Origin: Octopus sinensis | Taxonomy: Eukaryota | DNA: 17,469 nucleotides | NCBI RefSeq assembly: GCF_006345805.1 | Contig: NW_021824826.1 | Span: 1-17,469 of the forward strand | Direction: 5' to 3' | Shown here: piece by piece, positions 8,678-17,469 of the stretch | Layout of the letters: the number at the start of each line of letters is the position of its first letter | Numbering within the stretch: the first letter of the stretch is position 1 | The notes under the pieces: generated by a model | Told to the model about the DNA's origin: nothing | What the model saw: the letters and a program-made list of their open reading frames with translations, nothing else | Databases searched by the model: none | Made by a program: the position numbers and the translations under genes

Positions 8678-9530
8678 GTACATTTTAAATTTGAGAAAAG
8701 TCTTGCATATTTTTACACTTCTCGTTATTATAGATTGTATTGTAATGTGCGTATTTGCTGGTTGATTTTCTTTTCTGAAAGCCCGTGTTTATTCAAATTT
8801 TCACTAAGCTATTTATTCAGAAAACCAAATGCACAAAAAATTGTTATTGGTATAAATGTGAATTTATATCTGGATATAGAAGCTGAAAGTGTCGAAGCAG
8901 TTGTCCATAGTTATATGAAACCTGGACGTTATCAAAGAAGCTTGAGTGGCGGTTGGATGGAACCTACACTCGCCTCCTTATGAGAGCTCAAAATCTCTCG
9001 TGGAAGCGTCATCCAACCAAAGTACAAATATATGGGAAACTACCACCTGTATCATCTCTTGTGAAAGGTAGAAGAGTCCAGTTTGCTGGACATTGTTGTA
9101 GAGCTGAAAAAGAAGTAATTTCTACTCTTCTCCTCTGGAAGCCATCTGCTCGCAATACCAGAGGGCGCACACTCTCCTACCCTGATGTAATCTCCAGGGA
9201 TACAGGCTTCCAGCAACAGGACCTCCGTAATGCTATGATGGACCGTGAATGGCGTAGCATAGTAAATTCCATTGTCTCGACCACGGTCGAACAATGATGG
9301 TGATGATAGTTATCCTCTTTCTCTTTGATTTTCGAAGAGATGCTTACATCAACAGGACAGCTGACTTCTATGATGGCCTTCATTTTTTTCTAACCTGTTT
9401 CAATGATATCTGGCTTGTTGAGTTTGCACTTGGTAAAAGTTTTGATGAGAATGTCTTATTAATACGAATGACAGAATAAAAGAATAATATTTTTTGTGTT
9501 GATGTTTGTCTGTGTATTCAATAACAGGTG
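8678..9530 (-). pseudogene. RLE-type (R2/R4/NeSL group) non-LTR retrotransposon ORF C-terminus, split by an RTE insertion
   Basis: Minus strand: DILIKTFTKCKLNKPDII..IIEVSCPVDVSISSKIKEKEDNY [insertion] GQLLRHFQLLYPD/KFTFIPITI..AFGF..SVKICKTFLKFKM, a restriction-like endonuclease pattern (KPD..E..P..K..Y) with stops and frameshifts. Confidence 0.8.
8915..9305 (+). mobile_element. RTE-clade LINE, 5'-truncated 3' end
   Basis: Open frame 8917-9297: ETWTLSKKLEWRLDGTYTRLLMRAQNLSW..RRVQFAGHCCR..LLLWKP..DREWR. Short (TGA)n-like tail after the stop; 8-bp TSD ATAGTTAT at 8907-8914 and 9306-9313. Confidence 0.9.
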
Positions 9531-9607
9531 TCGTATTCTAGAACAGGTAATTTTTGAGAGGAGTGGCATTCTATAATGCTTTAACGACATCGTCATATCA
9601 TATTGCG

Positions 9608-9845
9608 CAGTAATACTTTCACCGTCATTAATTCACCGCAGGGAAAGTTCCCCGTGAGGAATGTCCACTGCGAGGAGAGTTCACCACAAGGAAAATATAC
9701 GAAGAGATAAGTTCACAACAAAAGAATTAAAAAAAAAAACAACAACCTTATTTTCGAATTTTAATGTGTTTAATCTTCTGATTAAACGCGAATTGATGGC
9801 GGTGAAATCTCTTGCGATGAGTTGATGGCAGTGAACTTACCTGTA
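9608..9845. mobile_element. Fold-back-like non-autonomous DNA element with modular 16-bp units
   Basis: Six degenerate 16-bp units (consensus about TTCACCGCGAGGAAAG) start at 9632, 9648, 9664, 9680, 9696 and 9712; inverted related units at 9791-9838. Confidence 0.6.
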
Positions 9846-9961
9846 ATCATTAATCACAGGTGTGATGATTTCCACAGAAATATGGCATAATCTACATTTT
9901 CGTTTGCGTCTTGGGACTTCACTGCTTCATTTGATTATTAGGTATTTAGTAACAATGTCCT

Positions 9962-10165
9962 GTGGAGGCACATGGCCTAGTGGTTAGAGCAGCGGACTCG
10001 CGGTCGAGGGATCGCGGGTTCGAATCTCAGACCGGGCGATGTGTGTGTTTATGAGCGAAACACCTAAGCTCCACGCGGTTCCGGCAGAAGCTAATGACGA
10101 ACTTCTGCTGACTCTTTCTCTCACTCTTTCCTCCTGCATATTGCAGCTCACCTGCGACGGACCGG
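9962..10165 (+). mobile_element. SINE family C (tRNA-derived), 3' truncated
   Basis: A box TGGCCTAGTGG (9973-9983), B box GGTTCGAATCT (10017-10027); non-tRNA body ending in CCTGCGACGGACCGG, similar to the start of the V-type SINE domain. Confidence 0.8.
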
Positions 10166-10528
10166 GAGGAGAAAGTTGCTTGGGAAGCATTCAAGTTAGT
10201 GGCGAAGGGATTTCTGGGAAACAGAAGGGAAGGAAACTATAAAGAATTGGTGGAAAACCTCATCAAAGTTTACAAGAACATGGATTGCAACATGTCACTT
10301 AAAATTCACTTTTGGACTCTCATTTAGACTTTTTTCCAACGAACTGTGGGACGGTTAGTAACGAACATGATGAAAGGTTTCACCAAGATATTTCAACCAT
10401 GGAAAAAGCAGTTCCAGGGTAAATGGAGCACAATAATGCTTGCAGACTATTGCTGGACTTTGGCAAGAGATGATTCTTCAGCCCACTATAAGCATCAAGC
10501 AAAAAAGAAGAGAGTAAATACGGCCTAG
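10166..10528 (+). pseudogene. Transposase C-terminal fragment (two frameshifts)
   Basis: EEKVAWEAFKLVAKGFLGNRREGNYKELVENLIKVYKNMDCNMSLKIHF / LDSHLDFFPTNCGTVSNEHDERFHQDISTME / KQFQGKWSTIMLADYCWTLARD..*. Confidence 0.85.
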
Positions 10529-10627
10529 AGTTTAAAACATGTAATGACACATACTGTGCTTTCTAATAAAATAATCAAATATTACATGCTGCTTATCTTT
10601 TAATCTATAGACAATAAGCATTTTCCA

Positions 10628-10857
10628 AGCTGGCAGAAACGTTAGCACGCCGGGCGAAATGCGTAGCCGTATTTCGTCTGCCGTTACGTTCTGAGTTCAA
10701 ATTCCGCCGAGGTCCACTTTGCCTTTCATCCTTTCGGGGTCGATAAATTAAGTACCAGTTACACACTGGGGTCGATGTAAGCGACTTAATCCGTTTGTTT
10801 GTCCTTGTTTGTCCCCTCTGTGTTTAGCTCCTTGTGGGTAGTAAACAAATAGGTATT
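10628..10857 (+). mobile_element. SINE family B copy nested in the DNA transposon
   Basis: High similarity to 3151-3380 over the full length. Confidence 0.92.
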
Positions 10858-11220
10858 TAGATTCAATGCACAAAAATACATAGGTATAAACTAAACTCAT
10901 TTAAGAAGCATACGACTTTTCAAAAATTGATGACCAGTGTTATCAAGCAGCAGAACAATTATAATCTCAATTTCTCATTTTCTACGTTGGTCGTAAATTT
11001 CACTCAGCAAAGCAACAAATATTACAGATTAGACATCTTTTGTTTTATTATTTTCTGATTTTGCATAATTCTTTTCTTTTATATTTCCACTTTTTTTGTT
11101 TCTTTTTTCTCTAAAAGATTGCCACATGGCTGTTGTCGTTGTTGTTTTTGTTGTTGCTGTTGTTGTTGTTACCTAGAATGTTGCGCAAGAGGAGCCAAAC
11201 GCATTCTCCACTTTCATGAG

Positions 11221-11265
11221 ATAGTAGTAGTAGTAGTAGTAGTACTGGTGGTGGTGGTAGTAGTT

Positions 11266-11300
<35 letters not shown>

Positions 11301-11348
11301 GGTGGTGGTAGTAGTTGTAGTAGTACTAGTAGGACGAGGGGGAGTAGG

Positions 11349-11383
<35 letters not shown>

Positions 11384-11400
11384 CAGCAGTAGTGGTGATG

Positions 11401-11440
<40 letters not shown>

Positions 11441-11441
11441 C

Positions 11442-11476
<35 letters not shown>

Positions 11477-11552
11477 GACGAGGAGGAGTAGGAGTATAAG
11501 TAGTAGTAGTAGTAGTAGTGGTGATGGTGGTAGTAGTAGTAGTAGTAGTAGC

Positions 11553-11605
<53 letters not shown>

Positions 11606-11728
11606 GACGAGGAGGAGTAGGAGTATAAGTAGTAGTAGTAGTAGTAGTGGTGGTGGTGGTAGTAGTAGTAGTAGGAGGAGGAGGAGGAGCAGTAGTAGTC
11701 TTAGTGGTGGTGGTGGTGGTGGTGGTAC
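11221..11728. repeat. (GTA)n/(GTG)n trinucleotide array with higher-order units
   Basis: Directly visible; GGACGAGG.GGAGTAGGAGTA landmarks at 11332, 11476 and 11605. Confidence 0.95.
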
Positions 11729-11769
11729 TAATTTCAAATCTTCGCTCAGACAGAAAGTGTATAATCAAT

Positions 11770-11862
11770 TACATTCGACATTCCGGTACTTGACTGGTAT
11801 TTTCTCAAAGACCATAGATGGCTGAAGAGGGAAGTGGAACTCAGTCGGATTTGAACTTAGAC
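11770..11862 (-). mobile_element. Highly diverged SINE B-related central fragment
   Basis: GACTGGTATTTT..GAC..GATGGCTGAAGAGGGAAGTGGAACTCAGTCGGATTTGAACTTAGA is colinear with AACTGGTACTT..GAAAGGATGAAAGGCAAAGTCGACCTCGGCGGAATTTGAACTCAGA. Confidence 0.6.
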
Positions 11863-11894
11863 AAAATAAATTGCACCAGTGTCTATATATATTT

Positions 11895-12333
11895 TGTGTG
11901 TGTGTGTGTGTGTGAGTGTACTGTCAATTGAGTCTGTATCCGTCTGTGTTTATATCAGCGTTTGTGTGTATGCATGTGCTTGAGTGTAACTGTGGATAGG
12001 TATCTTTTGAGCGTATCTGTGACTCTGTGTGTGTTGTGTGTGTGTGTGTATGTGTGGGTATGTGTGTGTGTGTCCGTGTGTGTGCGCGCGCGTGTGTGTG
12101 TGTGTGTGTGTCGTGTGTGTGTGTATATGTGTGTGCATATGCGTGTGTGTGTATGTATGCGTGTGGGGGGGTATGCGTATGTGTGTATGTAGTGTCTGTG
12201 CGTGTGTGTGTACGTGTGTGTGTGTGGGGGGGGTTATGCGTATGTGTGTATGTATGTGTCTGTGCGTGTGTGTGTGTGTACGTGTGTGTGTGTGTGTATG
12301 TGTGTGTGCCTGTGTGTGTGTGTGGGGGGGGGG
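11895..12333. repeat. (TG)n-rich microsatellite with short G runs
   Basis: Directly visible. Confidence 0.95.
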
Positions 12334-12673
12334 CGTCTGAGGATTGACAATGCAATGTCAAACGGCTTTTACGTTCAGGCATAACCGGGGATTATTTTGC
12401 TGTTTCAGGCTCTAAAAACACGACGCAAATCGTAATGGTTTTAACCGTGGTTCGGTCCAGACGAGATTAAGTAACTTGTAATTGTATTATAAAATGTTGT
12501 GAAGTAATAATATCGACACAGTAGAAGTAAAATGGCGGACGAGATACCGCAGTGAGAGACAAACAGACAGACGTGTATGACGTTATTGTTGTTGCCTAAT
12601 ACCGCGTCAGTATACAGAGGCATAACCTATGTTCAAGTGAATTGCAGCATTGGCAATCCTATCGTATATTTAC

Positions 12674-12838
12674 GTCCTGAGTTCAAATTCCGCCGAGGTC
12701 GACTTTGCCTTTCATCCTTTCGGGGTCGATTAAATAAGTACCACTTACGCACTGGGGTCGATGTAATCGACTTAATCCGTTTCTCTGTCCTTGTTCGTCC
12801 CCCTCTGTGTTTAGCCCCTTGTGGGTAGTAAAGAAATA
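12674..12838 (+). mobile_element. SINE family B, 5'-truncated, with perfect TSD
   Basis: Starts just before the B box and ends at GTAGTAAAGAAATA; 10-bp direct repeat GTATATTTAC at 12664-12673 and 12839-12848. Confidence 0.93.
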
Positions 12839-13338
12839 GTATATTTACACAGATAATGAATAGATTACATTATCCGACGCGTCTTTAAAAATGAGTGTAG
12901 AATATGACCTGAGGAAGATGTGGGTGCTATTTCTAGCAGGTCGAGATATCATGTAAAGGTCTTCTCATATTTTGGTTGGTAAAATGTGAGAAGAATGCAA
13001 AATGAACGATAAGATATGATCGGTGAGAGATGAAATGGACGACGAAATTTTAAAATAATGAGTCACTTCGAACAAAAGGAGAGCAGAAAATTATAATATT
13101 GGGGTTACAACTTTATATATTAATTCAAATGGAAATGAGATTCAGTGAGGCCATTGAGAAGATAATATTCTTCCGTTTTCACCCTAAATTCTTCTGTTCT
13201 GTTCTTTTTTTTTTTTTTGGTTTTGTTTTCTTGTGATATTGTTTGACCCTGTATTGAACCTGATCCTGCAGATTTTCAACAATGGCACCCCAACCAAGTC
13301 CGCATCGTCTTTTTTTTTTTTACCCTTACAAATATATA

Positions 13339-14594
13339 CAAGGTGTCCCAAATCAAGGCAATCAACGTTTTTCAGTCTTTCCAAGGCAAAATATTGTTAT
13401 ATTTCAGGTTCGAGCGTTGCAATGGTAAAGGAAGCACAACTATGACACTACCACATTTATTCTGTATGACCACTTCTGTTTCGAATCACAGCCTTAAATA
13501 TAGGTGCGAATGCTTCACACGCCACACACACAACTGTTGTTGTGGAATCGAAGCCCGTTCCTGGCGCAGTTTTGCCCTCAGAACGTCGAGCGAAGCATGA
13601 GTAGTGTTCAAGACCCTCAAAATGGATCAAACAGAAAAAAAACTTCAACGGTTTGAGATAGAAGCTTCTTGCCTATGAATGACATCATTGCCTATGAATG
13701 AGGGATGTTTTTTTCTGAATCCAGTGTTGTGTCTGTTTGGAGCTGTACCTGTTGGAGGCTCCGAGATGATCCTTGAAAGTGCGAATTCCCCCATGGAAGC
13801 AGTTCAGCTTCCAGAATGTCGCTAATGAATCGCTGGATGTTAATTTTAACAGCCGAGGTCACAAAAAAGACAGGAGACCTTCCAGCGGTTGTCACAGCCG
13901 CCCAAAACATAACTGACAGTGAATTCTGATGTCGATTTACGAGTTTGACCTCAACGGAGCCAGGTACACTCCAAAGTTTGTCATTTTGGTGGTTTACTGT
14001 CTATTCAGTGTCAAATTTCTTTTCATCAGTGAACACCAAGTTGGGGAACGTGCCTTCAGTAATCTGATGCAGGATAAGACTACTTTTCTCCAGTCTCGTG
14101 GCTTTATAAACTTGGATCGTCGTGATGGGTTTGGTCCTGAAATTCTCCCCCCAGCACTCGATACATCGATGTTCAGCTTATTTTTGCTGTGGAAGCCAAT
14201 TTTCTGACAGAAGGAGGAGGATTTCGCCGTATCTTTTCTCTGGTACTTTTGATAATCTGAAGAGTCCTCACACTTCTTTTTCAGTCACGTCCACGTCGAC
14301 CAGCTGTGGAACCCCTCTCTTGAAATTTCTTGACAGTTGTCTAGATTGTTGTTTAGATAATTTTAATCATTTTTTTTTTTGCTATAGCTGTATTATTTTC
14401 GCCTCGTTTGTGGATGATTATGATTGCATTTCGGTCTATAACCATTATCTAATTAATAAATTATTTAGTCTGAAAATAAAAAATAAAAAGACACACTAAA
14501 CTTTTATAATGATGTATAATTTTCATATCTTATCACATTTATTGATAGTTATTAAAGCCCGAATCTTCAGTTGCCTTAATTTCGGGATACTTTG
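13339..14594 (-). mobile_element. Full-length Tc1/mariner transposon (maT/DD37D-like), inactive
   Basis: TA|CAAGGTGTCCCAAATCAAGGCAA at the left and TTGCCTTAATTTCGGGATACTTTG|TA at the right form imperfect TIRs with TA flanks; they enclose a decayed transposase. Confidence 0.9.
13457..14445 (-). pseudogene. Tc1/mariner transposase pseudogene
   Basis: MVIDRNAIIIIHKRGENNTAIAK..TVKKFQERGS..KIRRNP.SVRKLA..LVFTDEKKF..NHQND..MFWAAVT..GRSPVFFV..ILEAELLPW..QQ..IPSFI..AVIRNRSGHTE*. Multiple stops and frameshifts; second and third catalytic Asp motifs are disrupted. Confidence 0.9.
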
Positions 14595-15239
14595 TATACA
14601 CTAAATTAATGCGTCCATCCAATTTATAAACAGTAAGAGTAGATATGAGCGCGATATGGCTGTCATTTTTAGGAGTACGAGTGACTAGTAAACGGTTAAT
14701 TCCTTGGCTAACATCAAAGCCAACCCTGACCATGCACACCTATGATCAAAGGCATTGCAGCCATGACCATCGCGTCTGATTTCCACATACATGTTGTTTA
14801 ATACTGCATTTACAAATATATTCCTCAAGTTTTGGGCAACTGAAAGTATTTTTCGCTTCTATTTCTAGCAGGTCCAGCAACCGCATAAAGGTCAACTCGT
14901 TTGCTCGTTGTTGTCGAGTACAGAATCCCAAACTTCTGAGATGCCAAATTATTCGATAAACTGGTAATCTATACAGGATGAACCTTGTCTCTAGGTTTGC
15001 TTGATACAAGAGAAACCTCAGTTAAAGAAAGACTTGCCCACTCGACCTCTAACGTTTCTGAAAGGATTAACTTTAACATATCTTAGTAGATTTTCTCAGG
15101 GATAAGGCCTCGAAAACAATTTAACTTGCATGCGGAGAATGTTGCTAATGTGCCAACAACCTATAATACAACTGGGACCTCCTGTGTGCATAAAATGATT
15201 ACATCGACAGTAAGAATGAATGTCATGTCTCTCGTCGGA

Positions 15240-15747
15240 TATACACACACAACGACTCAGAGACCACTGACACACATTCTCAAACACAGCATACAGACAC
15301 ACATATACACACACATACGCATATATACGCGCATACACACAAACACATAAACAGAAGTATATGCATATGTTTTAGTGTATTTATTGACAAGATAACCTCT
15401 ATCTCTCTTTCTATGTATGTGTATATATATATAATAATATATATATATATATATATCTTATATTATATATATATATGTATGTATGTATATGCACACAAAC
15501 ACACACATACATATATATATATATGTATATATATATAGATATACACACACACAACACCACACACACACACATATATATTTATAAATATACATGTGTGCGT
15601 GTATGTGGACGTGTGTGTGTGTGTACGCGCGCACACACACACACACACACATATAAAGGGAAAAAGCAAAAAAATAAACGGGAGTTATATATGTGAACGA
15701 CTCGCACACATCTGTTTGTTTGCTGAGACAAACCCCAACACACACAT

Positions 15748-15778
<31 letters not shown>

Positions 15779-15930
15779 TACACACACGAACACACACACG
15801 CACACGCACGCACACACATATTTCACGCACAAATTTTTACGTGGTATGTGTGTCTGTGCGTGGCCTCTCTCTCTCTCTCTCTCTCTCTCATACACTCTGT
15901 ATGTGTAATGTATGCGTATGTAAATGCGTA
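15240..15930. repeat. Mixed (CA)n/(TA)n/(CT)n microsatellite cluster
   Basis: Directly visible. Confidence 0.9.
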
Positions 15931-16304
15931 CGTGTCAGCCCCCTGGATGTGTGTACATGCATGAATGTTCGCGTGTACGGTTTCCAACGTACGCCGCCCT
16001 ATTGTAAATTCCTCCGCGCTTTTGGCACGTGATTAACCTAAACACAGCGGGACGGTGATCTAGACGGGCTATGAAACCTCCTACTAAACCTCTTCACGTG
16101 TTACCTCTTAAAATAGAACCACTCACTTACCACCAATTTCCCATCGTATTCGCTTCCTAACTCTTCAACTGTAATTCTACAGGGGCCCAATTACATGGCA
16201 ATTGACTATTCCAACTTAGTGCCATTCATATTCAGCTGCGTTCTTTATCTTTTGATTTAAGACGCGAAATCTTTAATCATCCTTTCTTTTCTGTTCGTCT
16301 CTAC

Positions 16305-16438
16305 ATACATAACAAATATATATATATATTATATATATATATAGATAATATATACATACATACATACATATATATATATATATTATATATATAGAATAAT
16401 ATATACATACATACATCATACATACATACATACATACA

Positions 16439-16470
<32 letters not shown>

Positions 16471-16593
16471 AGATAGATATATACTACATATATATATATA
16501 GTATTATATAGATGAAATATATATAGACATATATATATATATACATACATACATACATACACATGCTAGTGTATATATGTATGTGTAAGTGCA

Positions 16594-16628
<35 letters not shown>

Positions 16629-16730
16629 ATGTATGTTATATATACACACACATACATACATTATTACATACACAGATGTACATACTATCAGCTTGTCATA
16701 CATTTATATACTTATATGAATACATATATA
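16305..16730. repeat. (TA)n/(CATA)n/(TATG)n microsatellite cluster
   Basis: Directly visible. Confidence 0.93.
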
Positions 16731-16922
16731 GACAGAAAAGTAGGGGAAATTATGATAAACACAAATTTATATCATCTGTTCTCTACGTACGTTTCCACCG
16801 TTGTGTTCATTGCATCCTTTGCATTGAATGTTACAGGCACAACCGGATACCGATTCACGATACGTATATAGGGAAGCACTCTATTGCAATATACTACACT
16901 AAAAACTATCTATCCTAAGCAT

Positions 16923-17165
16923 AAAGGCGGGGCGAGATGGCAGAAACGTTGTACGCTACGTGGGCGAAATGCTTAGCAGTATTTCGTCTGCCGCTAGGTT
17001 CTGAGTTCAATTCCGCCGAGGTCGACTTTGCCTTTCATCCTTTCGGGGTCGATAAAATAAGTACCAGTTACGCCTGGGGTAGATATAATCGACTTAATCC
17101 CTTTTTCTGTCCTTGTTTGTCCCCTCTGTTTTTAGGCCACACCTTGTGGGTAGTAAAGAAAGGTA
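16923..17165 (+). mobile_element. SINE family B, full-length copy
   Basis: AAAGGCGG..GAGATGGCAGAAACGTT head through GTGGGTAGTAAAGAAA; colinear with 3141-3374. Confidence 0.92.
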
Positions 17166-17469
17166 TATCATGCCAGAAATATCTCCCTGATGATGTGCAG
17201 TGTTTCTGCATCCGATTGTACTTGGAACAACCAGTGCAGAAGATCAAAATAACTACAAAGGTGAAATGTAATTTGGTAAGAATACTAACTTATGTTTATA
17301 AACTTATAAACTTATGTTTTTCCAGCATTTGCCCTGTATTATCATAACCAGTAATAATACCGAATAGTTGCTTATGCACATACATAAGTAGTTCAGGACG
17401 ATGGTAATCTATTTGAGTTCTAACGGTTGTGTCGCACATCTAACTGTGCGCACAAGATATATCATATGT

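Larger units (their letters stand above)
10166..10939 (+). mobile_element. Chapaev3-like (CMC) DNA transposon 3' part, interrupted by a SINE
   Basis: Transposase C-terminus followed by a 3' region ending ...AAAAATTGATGACCAGTG|TTA (reverse complement starts CACTG; TWA-type flank). Family assignment is from recall of the motifs. Confidence 0.7.

Noticed and set aside
9632-9727. CRISPR-like array
   Set aside because: Contiguous 16-bp units with no spacers, in a eukaryotic context with no cas genes.
9962-10035. Functional tRNA gene
   Set aside because: A/B boxes are present but I could not form a proper acceptor stem, and it continues into a SINE body.
11924-12384. His/Thr- or Cys/Val-rich ORFs
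   Set aside because: Translations of (TG)n/(CA)n.
17187-17220. CTGATGA followed by a TGCAG/CTGCA hairpin as a hammerhead
   Set aside because: No GAAA box after the stem.

Overview
AT-rich, microsatellite-dense eukaryotic non-coding DNA with no credible host gene. The SINE families and repeat texture resemble octopus/cephalopod genomes, which is an inference from pattern recognition. Almost all listed ORFs are translations of simple repeats. The non-microsatellite sequence is a mosaic of transposon relics. These include three tRNA-type SINE families and a full-length but dead Tc1/mariner (maT/DD37D-like) element with both TIRs and TA flanks (13339-14594). There is also a mariner MITE (4083-4299), a Chapaev3-like transposase 3' end, and an RTE LINE 3' end nested with an 8-bp TSD inside an RLE-type LINE endonuclease. 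Penelope-like (PLE) remnants and several fold-back structures are also present. The most notable items are a minimal hammerhead-ribozyme-like motif in a PLE pseudo-LTR (minus strand, about 2245-2295), a 281-bp hairpin element with ~100-bp arms (2703-2983), the nested LINE-in-LINE, and a tandem SINE dimer bounded by a single TSD. I found no evidence of a wholly new biological system.
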